NCBI RefSeq assembly: GCF_036321535.1
Contig: NC_087437.1
Location: forward strand, 110,734,001 to 110,798,000
Origin: Camelus dromedarius
Lineage: Eukaryota
DNA length: 64,000 nt
Reading direction: 5' to 3'
The first letter of the stretch is position 1. Each line of letters starts with the position of its first letter. Of this stretch, positions 53,468 through 64,000 are shown in pieces. The notes below the pieces were generated by a model. That model was not told the origin of the DNA. It ran no database searches and worked only from the letters and a program-made list of their open reading frames with translations. A program made the translations under genes and the position numbers.

Positions 53468-54013
53468 TCATGGGAACAACCTAAATGTCCATTGACAGAT
53501 GATTGGATAAAGAAAGTGTGGTATATTTATACAATGGAATACTACTCAGCCATAAAAAATTGAATAATGCCATTTGCGGCAACATGGATGGGCATGGAGA
53601 TCATCATTCTAAGTGAAGTAAGCCAAAAAGAGAAAGAAAAAATATCATATGGTATCACTTATATGTGGAATCTTAAAAAAAGACACAAATGAACTTACGT
53701 ACAAAACAGAAACAGACTCACAGACCTAGAAAACAAACTTATGGTTACCAGGGGTGGAAGAGGGTGAGAAGGGATAAAGCAGGAGTTCGAGATTTGCAGG
53801 TACTAACTACTACATATAAAATAGATAAACAACAAGTTTATACTGTATAGCACAGGGAACTATATTCAATGGCTTGTAGTAACCTATAATGAAAAAGAAT
53901 ATATGTATGTGTATATATGACTGAAACATTATGCTATACACCAGAAATTGACACAATATTGTTAACAGACTATACTTCAATTTTTAAAAAATGGAAAAAA
54001 AAAACACAAAAAC
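53468..54013 (+). mobile_element. Young L1 3' end (ORF2 tail plus 3' UTR), about 545 bp
   Basis: caacctaaatgtccattgacagatgattggataaag...tacaatggaatactactcagccataaaa...A-tail; 12-bp TSD ctagagggtccc at 53456-53467 and 54014-54025. Confidence 0.9.
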
Positions 54014-56189
54014 CTAGAGGGTCCCCACTGTCCTTTGTGGATTCTCAGGGCTACGACACTAGGATTCCAAAATCTGCATATCTGGAGATTGTCACCTACC
54101 TATACTTCCTGTCCAACAGAGAAGGACAGAATAGTTAAGATAGTTACTTTTAAAATCATTGCTTCATCATTGCTTGCTCCTAATTAAACATCCAAAACAC
54201 TTCAAGACAAGGTTTGCACTGATTTATAGACAATCGTGAAGTGTAGCCACTTTCGCATGAAAAGGGGTGTCCACATTTCACAAAGTGGAGCAAACACCTG
54301 AGTGTCTATTAAAACACAAAGATGGCCTTCTCCTCACCCTATGGTTGGGGCACAGTCAGCCCTCCCACTGAAAACTAACCAAGATTCTGAGTGGTTCACT
54401 TTTATCAAATCAAAGGTGACCAAATAATTGTGTTCTGGAACGATGACAGCTTGACGGACCACGCGTGCCATGTTCCGGGCCTGAGGTTTCCTTCCAGGGG
54501 AAGAGCTGGTACCGTGAATCACAGAAAGCCCCCTGCTCTCACTGACTGCTCCAGGGAGACAGAGTCACCCGGCTGTTCCGAGGTAGTGACCCACGCATGC
54601 CCAGCTCAAGCCCCTCACTGCCCTTCTGTTTGAGATCTTCCAGGCCCACATAAAATTCAAGGTCTGATCCACTCTGGATCACGTGGTAGGTAATTTTAGA
54701 AGACAATTTCAGTAGGAGGCATGCCTACAGTTGTCTGGTGCTATGTCTGCATAGGTGGGCAAGTCCGTCTAACACTTCCCATCAAGGATTCCAAGAATCT
54801 TGCAGCTGCCTTACTTCTAAGCCAAGACCTCCAATGTCACAGCTCTCAGTAATGAAGCTGAGCTTTTGGTCTCCACCTGCTGACTCGTCTGTCTCTTCCA
54901 GTGGGTTCAGAACTTGGGCAGGGAGAAGAGCTTCTCAAATCCCCACTGGCTCAGTCCTCTCCACGTCCTGGATTTCAAGTGGGTTGACAGCACTTTAAAG
55001 ACTGTGTTTGACTCAGCTGGTACTTTGCAATTTTAGGACAGATTACATGTGCCAACTTGACCAGACAACTAGACGGCATATCCCCCTTCTTAAGCAGCTC
55101 CCACCCCACAGAGAAACCAAAACACGTAACCACTGACCCAGCTCAAGAGAGGATTTCAGAAATAAGGTATTTTTCTTTAGGTTAATGCCCAGTCACAGAA
55201 CTAATGGCAGGGCTGTAGTTAAACGAGAATTTGAGCAGTGGCAGCTCCCAGGTCTCTGCAGAGAGAGCATTTCATTCTACAGTTCAAACGGGATTTTCAG
55301 AATAACAGATATTGAAGTGTGAGTCGTTTGACATACCCCCTAAGGCTCTAAGGTCAGAGTGAATTATCAACGGTTAACAGGCAGTCGAGAGACTCTACTC
55401 TGCAGACATAGAATAACTACCCAAGAACCCAAAACAAGTGTTCTAAGCAGACTTTCTATTCCCAACTCTGATCAGCAAAACCTGCCAATTTCATCATGCT
55501 ACATCCAAGAAAATTTAATACTTGGGAAATGAATCTTTCGTGCTCTGAGACTGGGAGAAAAAAGTTCTGCAGCTAAATCTCTTTGACAGTATTTTATCAT
55601 TATCTTGACAATGTTATTAGACAGAAAAAATCTGATTCAGCCTAGATTCCCGTTCAGAACATTTCTTCTGTGTCTTGACATCACAAGATGGCTTCTCCAC
55701 ACGATCTGAGCCCAGTCTAGACATTTCCCTCTTAGAGTGTGTTATTCTCCACGCTCTTCTGTGTTTTTTAAATATTTCATGACAGAATTTTAAAAACAAG
55801 TAAAAATTGCTCCTTACATAACACACTGATGTAACCAAAAGGATGGAATTAAGCACAGGAAAACATTAACCCTCCCTGACATCCTTCATAAACCAACTCA
55901 GCAGAGGAGGAAAAAAGAAGTCGAGAAGGAAATGCACTAGATGTTAAGAGCTGGGAACTCTGGAAGCAGGCCAAGATTGTCCTCTTTTTGTTTGTCTCTA
56001 AGTCCTGATTTTCCTATAATGAATGTGCATGATCATTTTAAGATATTACATACAAAAGAGAAAGAAAAAGTCAGCTCGGAGCTCAACTTCCCTCAAGTCT
56101 TCCTCGCTCCTTCTCCCCTCCCCTACCAGAGCCCATCACTCAGGCTCCATGTGTCATGAGGAAGAGGATGGTTTTAGCTCACATTTATT

Positions 56190-56400
56190 GCAGGTGTGCC
56201 ATTGGGGGGGGGGGGCGTCTCTAAGTCCTGACCCATTTGAATCCATTTACAACTCACAATAGCATTCTGATGTGGGTACCACCATCCTCCATCTCACAGA
56301 GGAAGGAACTGAAACCCCAAGAATGACAGTCATTTGCCCACAGCCACTCCAGTCATCTGTGATGGAGCTGGTTGCACATCCAGGCAATATGGCCCCTGGA
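56190..56400 (-). mobile_element. MIR SINE
   Basis: catcctccatctcacagaggaaggaactgaaacc...catttgcccacagccac. Confidence 0.55.
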
Positions 56401-57169
56401 CCCTCCTGCCTGGCCTCAACACCGTGCCCTCTCCCAGATGTCCTCCTACTGCTGTCGCTGCCTTGCTCTTTGTCACTATGCAGTGACTTTCCCATTACCT
56501 CTACTGCACTGTGAGATGAATCTCCACTTTCAGTGCTGTCCTGTACTCGACTGAACCAGTGACTGGCCGATGCTCTGTCCCAAACCAAATGACTTTGGTA
56601 AATTACTTGCGTCTCACACGTCCGCCTCTATTTCTATTTCCATAAGGGTGGTAAGCCATCACTGATAATTAGAGCAAAGCATGGCTCACTGGTCCTCCCA
56701 CACAGCCCAGGCATGAACTCCTCAGCCTTGAAGCAGCTGGCCAAATTTATCTTCAAGAAAGTTTAGGTTTGCCGGTAAAGTTCATGTGAGGGTACCAGGT
56801 GCACTTCTGACCTTCACTGCTAAAGTTACGAAACACGAGAACAGTCATAGAGAAGCCATGAAAAAGTAGTGCTCTAGACATACCAGGAAAGGAGACAGAA
56901 AACAGAGGCCCAGTCATCGTTGCAAATCTCATGATGTCTGTCTACTGCAGTCAGTGGGGCTCCCCAGGCAGGAAATGGAGTGAGCTGGCTTTAGAAAGGG
57001 TTAAAGCCAACAAAGGTTTAGTAGGAGAAAAAAACAGACATCTTTTCAAACTTCCAACATTACTCATTTGACTCCTGCCTAAGAGCAGAGAAATGATGAC
57101 AATGACAATAAAGTTGACAATTTGGGGGGACTGACCATGACTCTAGATACTGGAGAAATATATTAATCT

Positions 57170-57300
57170 TCTTAAGAGTTCTGGAAGGAATGCACTTATC
57201 CCCAGTTTATAAATGGAGGAATGCAAAGCACACAGAGTTTAAGTGGCATCCCAAGGACACAGAGCTAGTAAATGGTAGAACTATGAGTTTTATTCTCAGT
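57170..57300 (-). mobile_element. MIR SINE
   Basis: ttatccccagtttataaatggagga...cccaaggacacagagctagtaaatggtaga. Confidence 0.6.
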
Positions 57301-60300
57301 GTGCTGCCCTTGGACTCCTTCCCTGTCTCTACCTTTCAGAGAGCTACCTCAGAATTCCAGGAGTCCATCTGTGGAGCCTCTGACATTGCCACAAGCCAAG
57401 GGATTAATGATCCAACTTGAAAGTGTGACGTCCCTGCTGAAGGCAAAGACTTTTTGCTTGTTTTGGCTTCCAGACACCGAGTGGATTTCTGTGCCATTTC
57501 TCTGCTGCAGTTATTTATGTATTTAAGGAATGTTCCAGGAATGTCCTCGCCAACTAGGGCTCCCACAGCACAAGGAAATCCCACAACCGCGTATTAAGAA
57601 CAGATGATCCCTCCATTACACTTCCACCAAAGTAAACGAAGAACACACCAATACGATCACAATTAAATGAAAGAACACATGTGTTTTTGATAGCTCAATG
57701 GTATTAGATCACAATCATGGGGGCATACATCCTCACAGGGTGTGCTTTTGCAATTTACTCACAAGGGGCTTTGTCTAAAATGACACAAACATTGATCCTT
57801 TATCTGTGGAAATATGGCTATCTTTCTACCTTTTAAGTCAGGAAGATGGAACAAAACTGGGAAAATCAGTGAGTTGGAGGTGCTGCATAGAGGGGCATTT
57901 TGGGGCAGCATGGAGGGGGTACCAAATTACTTTATTTAAACGAATGGTACTAAGGAAAGAATATAATTAGATGGTTTGGTACAACTTATAGAAAAGGTAA
58001 AGATAACCCAAACATGCATGCCCTGCCCTGGTGACCAGAGAAGTCAGCCCTGTGGCTACAGGAAGCCAGCTCTGGTTACCACTGTTTCCCAGAGTGTGCT
58101 TGTCAAAGAAGTGCTCTGCTCCCATATATGCAAAGAACCCATATTCTTAACATTTTTCCATTATTTTGTTTTATTTCCACATGCAACTTTAAATATGCAA
58201 TATTACATTATAAAAATCAGTAAAATATTTTGCACTGGCATTTGGGAATTTTAAAAAATAGAGCTGAAGACTCTATTTAAAATAAAGAAGCTCATCTCTC
58301 TGCAAACCGACAGTGCACATTGCATCCTTCTCCTGAGCTGCCAAGGCTCGCCCTTCCCAACGGCCATGCAGCATCTCCTTGAGAAACGACCCCTGGCTGT
58401 AGCCGCAGAAGGACTGTGGCTGTGAACGTAAACACTCTGATCTTGGCAAGAGCCAGATCCCTAACTCCCCTCCCACAGGTTGGCAGTTGAATTCTCCACC
58501 TATCAATGGCATGACCGTAACATTTTCCCGTGTGTTTTTTTTTTTAATTCTGTTCTATTTTTTTTAAATCAATGCCCTCATTTATCAGGAATGAACTCAA
58601 GCAGTTTCTTCTGGAGAAAGACATGGCTCTCTCCTGTCTTTCTGTTGACCCAACTCACTTGGGAAACTTTGCGGAAGAACAGGGTTAAGGTGAAGGAGCC
58701 CCTAATGAGAACCACCCTGTACCAACCTGCCTTGGAAGGCAGCTGAAATGGAAAAAAGACCTCCCTATCCATCGGAACGCCAAACCAGAAAGATGAAGAG
58801 AAAGTCAAACATCCTTATCAGCCAACTATAGCATGATTCTGTCCACACTAGGAGACTCCAGACAATCCTTAATAAGCCGTAAGAACTCAGGAAAGAAGTC
58901 CTCTGAAAGGATAACACTGAAAAGCTAGGGCAAGTCCCTATGGCCCAGGATACACCCCTCTGCCTGTAGATGTGCACGGTAACACACTTCCCACCACGTA
59001 ATACTTGCCCACGATGTAAGACGCTAGATGAAAGGCACTCGCAGAAGGCAAAATGCCTGTTATCGTCGTGGGCCCAGAGGCTGTCCCTCCAACTTCTTTG
59101 CAGTGGTGATTAAAGCCGTCCCCCTCCGTCCGTTCCCTACCTTCAAGTGACATGAGGTTTAATTCATGCACACTTGGGGTTTTAAGATCCCCTAGATGAA
59201 AAGAGGACCAGATGTGAAAGTCATTATTATTCCACTCAAAGTACACCAGTAAACGGACATCTGTGGGCAGGTTTACCACGTGCCACTTAAAATGGGCTAA
59301 CAAGGGTCAAATATCAAAGAATTCAGATTGGGATTTTTGAAAGGCTCAGAGAACCCGCCAGCTGTGTTCAGGCCATTATGTAGGCGGCTCCGAGGAGAAG
59401 TGAACACACACGACCAATGGTTCACTTCTGTTAGAACCACAACGATGAGCAGGCTGAACCCCCAAGGGGCGTGTGAAGCGGAAAGGAGAGTCGAACCCGA
59501 TTTCAGGTGAGAAAGGGGCTCTCGCAGCAAAACAGAGCTCACTGTAGGAGGAGAAGTGTTCTGGTTTGGAGGTGGACGAAACACCAACCGCAGAGAACCC
59601 TAAATTGTCTTCCCACATTTCTCGGGCACTCTTGAACTCACAGAACTCACCAGTTAACCACCCGGGCCTGATAAAAGTCCTCTACTCAGCAACTATAAAG
59701 AAAGAGATCTGCGCCTACAGAAGTCACGGAGGGAAACGTTTTAATAAAGACCCAACAGCACCAGCTGTGTGAGCCATAAAGTCTAATTACTGCTCAGACA
59801 GAAGCATTCCTGGCCGCAGGGTCAGAACGAGAAGGCTGCCTAGCTTACTCTCAACACTGCAGGCAGAAGGAGCCTATTAAAACCTAAGTCACATTATGTC
59901 TCCCACCCACAACCCTCCAAAGGCCTCGCATCTCACCAAGCCCTTACTGGCTCCTCCCCTGACCACACTCCTCTTGACCTCACCTCCTTGAGTCTCCCCT
60001 CTTACTCCCCCCAGCCAAGCCCCAGTGGCCTCCATGCTGCTTCTCCATTCATCAGGCCCAGCCTTCTGCTCTCTACCTTGATCACCCCCCACTTGCCAGC
60101 AAAAGCTCTCACTCCATCGACCTCTTGCCATCTTTGCTACAAAGTCATCCAGGCAGTGGGGCCTTCCTAACCCCTCTTTTTAAAAGTTCAAATCCCCAGC
60201 ACTTCCTGGGTCTCCATGGCAATGAGCACCTGCCAACATGCTCCACATTTTAACTACTTGATCACCATCTATCTTTCGCCACCAGAATGTCCACACACGC

Positions 60301-60993
60301 GTGCAGAGGTTCTTCTGGGTCTTGCTCACCTCTGTGCCCTTGGTACCTGCGAGTGGGTGGGGCCCAAAGTGAGGTGCTCAGTAAATGAGTGTTGAAGACG
60401 TGAATGATGACTTCGAAAAAGTCAAAGGCAACCTGCAAGGAAATACTGATGAAAACTTCCAGAAAAGTCTTTGTACTCACTCAGTTCCGTGTATGTGCCC
60501 TGTGCACATAACCCCCCTGGCAGCTCCCCACGGGAAAGGTAATAGCATCACGGTGGAATCTGGCTATTTCTGGTCCCCAGGACACAGTACTTTCAGATAC
60601 TATCAAAGCCCACCTCCTCCCTAACCCCGCCCCACGCAGGCAAGGCTAGCTCAAGTGGGATCCACCAAAGGAATCAGTGCATCAAAAACTCCATCCTAAG
60701 GACCAACAACAGCAGCACGATACGTGATCAGAAGGAAGAGAACAGGAACTTGAAATCAATGCTTTCTTAACCTGGAAGCCTCCAGGGGAAATCCCCATTG
60801 TCATCACAGCCCAGTTCTCTGAATATCAGAGCCTCGTGGTTGATGAGGGGTTCTCCGTGCTGACTGCCAACCGCTGCCCAAGCGGAAGGGCAGTAAAGGA
60901 CTCTGGGAAGTTATGTAGGTCAAGAGACATTTTACTGGATACCATGAAGAGTATTCACAGCTCTTCCGTCAATTTAGGCTTATACACTGCTGC

Positions 60994-61670
60994 TTTTTTT
61001 TTTTTTAAACAGATTTTATTATATAGAGTAGTTGAAGGACCACAGCAAAATTGAGCAGAAAGCGCAGAGTTCTCATGTCTCCTGCAGCCCCCCAAACACA
61101 CACATAGCTTCCTCCATTGTCAACACCCCCCATACAGTGATACACTTGTTACAGTTGCTTAACCTACACTGACACATTACCACTCAAAATCCATAGTTTA
61201 CATGAGGGGGCTCACTTGGTGGTGTACATTCTGTATGTTTTAACAAATGTCTAATGACATGTAATTACCATGATAATGATCACACAGAATAGTTTCACTG
61301 CCCTTAAAATCCTGTGCTCTGCCTCTTCATCCCTGCCTCCCTCCCCCAAGCTTCTGGCAACCAGCAGTCCTTTTACTGTCTGCATAGTTTTGCCTTTTCC
61401 AGCATGTCATATAGTTGGAATCACACAGTATACAACTTTTTAGATTAGCTTTTTTCACTTAGTAACATGCATTTAAGTTTCCTCCATGTCTCTCATGGCT
61501 TGAACAATAGGTTTTAGCACTGAATATGATTCCATTTTCTGGATTTTCCACAGTTCATTTATCCATTCACCTATTGAAGGACATCTTGGTTGCCTCCAAG
61601 TTTGGGCAGTTATGAATAAAGCTGCTACAGACATCCATGGGCAGGGTTTCTGAGTGGATGCTTGTATGTT
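60994..61670 (-). mobile_element. LINE-1 3' end (L1MC1-like)
   Basis: Poly(T), then cacagcaaaattgagcagaaag...tccatagtttacat...agttttgccttttccag...ccattcacctattgaaggacatcttggttgc. Confidence 0.85.
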
Positions 61671-63436
61671 TTTAACAGCATCTTAGGGGAAGAGAAAGAA
61701 ATGCAACCTTAGTGAGCTGAAGACAAAATAGGCTTCACACTCTCGAAGAAAGTCCCTCCTTCTAAGAATATTTTTGAGAAGTTATATTTGTCAGAGAAGT
61801 CTGCTTTTAGTTTTACACACACATGAAACCATTTCCAACACAATGTTTTTTTTTCCTCTAAGCACTTCAAATGAATTTATAAACTTTGAAATGTAATATA
61901 TGTTTTGAATATTTTATTTTGGCCCTATTAATAAAACCTCTCTGCAGAACTTTGTTATCAATTCACTTAGCTCCTTTCCCCAAGTGGGTACCACTAACTC
62001 AAGAGACCTACCAGACCTGCCAAATCCACACCTGAATTCCACGAGCCTCTCACTGAGTAAGGCACAGAGCAGGTGCTAAAAAAAAAATCACTGATTGCTC
62101 AATGCATTTTGAACATTCAACCAAGTGTTCAACCAAGATTATGACAAATTTCAAAACGAAGAGTCATAACAGTTCCTGGACACAGGTATAGAAATGAGTT
62201 AGAAAAGTAAGCATGCATCAACCAGTTGTGTCAAAATCCACATACTAACTATTAAACAATCCCCAGGGAAAGGTGGGCATCTCAAGTCAGAGAGACCTGT
62301 CTCTTTAGAAGAGGGGAGCCCACCACCTCCAAATACAGACAACAGGCCCTCAGGATCACCAGCCAGCACGCCTCCCCGGGAAAAGGGGAGGCAAGATGAT
62401 GTCCAAGCATCCACGTGTGTCAAGACACGAGACACCAGAAGATACCATTTCTCAAAGATCTCTAAAATCCAAGTTCATTCTCAACAATTTCTAGAAGCAA
62501 AATGTATTCCCCCTATGGGAGAGCCCACATGAGCATACCACTCAGAGCCGAAATCCTCCACCACACCAAACGGGCTTGAAAAGCTCCAGTCAAATCCCAA
62601 GGCACTTCAGAAGGCCTTCTTCCACTTTACATTCGTACATGCAGCCATTTACAACAGGGCCACTCAAGGCTGACATTTCGCAGGCGAATTTCCCACATCC
62701 TGGATTTATTACATTCAGAGTATTCCTGGGCCTTCACACCCACTCCCGTCGGTGAGCTAAAAAGAGGCCCCGAGAGGAGGCCAGGTGGGTGAACAGACAG
62801 GGGTCACCTGAGCCATGGTTCCCACTTGCAGGATTTCAATCTGATCTCAAATCATAGAAATAACAGGCAGGCAGAGTTTAAATGCCAACTTGAAGTGCTC
62901 TTGAAAAGAGGGGAATATTTAACATTCAGGTCTGCTTTTTGCTTTCTTTTAACCATAAAGTCCCCATGAAGAAGTAATCCATGCATATAATGTATCCAAT
63001 ACTGAGAAAAAGCAAGTGTGTCCTCCTGTGTTCCGTCTGTCCGGCTAGCAACAAAATGGTGTGTTTTCACATTTTGGTTAATTTCTCTACTGCTGAAAAT
63101 TACTTCCAGATCCTATCTCTTCTTTAGTTTCCATTTGCTTCCTATATGAAATCCCCTACTCCTGGAGTAGAAAAGAAAACACAACCAGATGATAACCCAA
63201 TATTTTAAAATATAACACCAAAAACATAAAATTTAGCTGTGGCATCTGGGTCTAAAATAACATGTTTAAATAAATAATGCAGTGGAGTCTTGATGCATAA
63301 CATCCCTATTACAGGCTCTACCATATGGAGAGAAACTTCAGTACATCGCAAGGACCCCAAGGACATAATTTGCTGTCCCAGGCAACAGGCTCACCTAACG
63401 TCCCAGAGTTAGGAAGGACTCAAGTCAAGAAAACTT

Positions 63437-63638
63437 ATCTATAATACACATAAACAACAAGTTTTCTTCTGTATAACGCAGGGAACTATATTCAATACCT
63501 TGTAATGACCTATAATGAAAAAGAATACGAAAATGAATATATGTATGTATATGGATGACTGAAACATTATGCTATACACCAGAAACTGACACATTGTAAA
63601 CTGACTATACCTCAATTAAATTAAAAAAAAAAAAGGAA
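63437..63638 (+). mobile_element. Young L1 3' end
   Basis: taaacaacaag...cagggaactatattcaat...tgtaaactgactatac plus A-tail; TSD aagaaaactt at 63427-63436 and 63639-63648. Confidence 0.85.
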
Positions 63639-63760
63639 AAGAAAACTTGGGTCTCTTGACTTCTAACCCCACGCTCTTCTCTTTTATTTTATGGAATAAA
63701 CACTAAGTGGCAAATAACGAGAATCATTTTGTTTAAACACAAATAGCTAAGTTTACTTAC

Positions 63761-63769
63761 CTCCCTCAT
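63761..63769 (-). other. Candidate 9-nt microexon (ATGAGGGAG) in the TIAM1 5'-UTR intron
   Basis: Minus strand ttcttcttctttttctttttaattag|ATGAGGGAG|gtaagta; splice signals only, no transcript evidence. Confidence 0.3.
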
Positions 63770-64000
63770 CTAATTAAAAAGAAAAAGAAGAAGAACATTC
63801 ACTAAAAGAGAAAAATCGCTGTGCTCTAGATGGAAACAATTTCTACCAGTATCAACACTGACACTGGAACCACCTAAAGAAAACCTTTGAACCCACCATG
63901 AAGGAACTGAGTAAGGAAACTCTTCACGCTCATATTCATGCTATTCATATGATAATTAAAAATCACCCTCCAAGGACGTAAAAGGTCAGTTGGTTAGATC

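Noticed and set aside
59488..59497. Pol III B-box-like GGTTCGACTC on the minus strand in a mildly CpG-rich area
   Set aside because: No A box at suitable spacing and no cloverleaf; an isolated short match.
1..64000. Prokaryote-type systems (CRISPR arrays, operons, defence islands) or a nested gene or processed protein pseudogene
   Set aside because: The sequence is a mammalian intron-rich locus; no repeat-spacer array, and no non-TIAM1, non-L1 ORF resembles a protein I recognise.

Overview
Mammalian genomic DNA, very probably camelid (tRNA-Ala-derived Vic-1-type SINEs, artiodactyl-type L1 3' ends, no ruminant Bov-A/BovB or pig PRE1 seen). The whole window lies inside TIAM1 (Rac1 GEF), transcribed on the minus strand. 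Three exons are visible: a 178-nt 5'-UTR exon (23537-23714), the first coding exon (14066-15039, ATG at 15028, codons 1-321) and the next coding exon (120-567, codons 322-470 plus 1 nt, entering the N-terminal PH domain). The rest is intron filled with L1, L2, MIR, MLT2, hAT-Charlie, SINE and microsatellite sequence. I found no new multi-gene system. The best second-look items are: a splice-created 30-codon uORF overlapping the TIAM1 start codon; a tailless retrocopy of a pre-tRNA-Tyr 5' half with a perfect 16-bp TSD; a candidate 9-nt ATG-bearing microexon at 63761-63769; a near-consensus CTCF site inside a MIR; a twin-primed (5'-inverted) L1; and a nested L1-in-L1-tail insertion. Repeat family names and human comparisons come from recalled consensus sequences, not searches. 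Repeat boundaries without TSDs are approximate.
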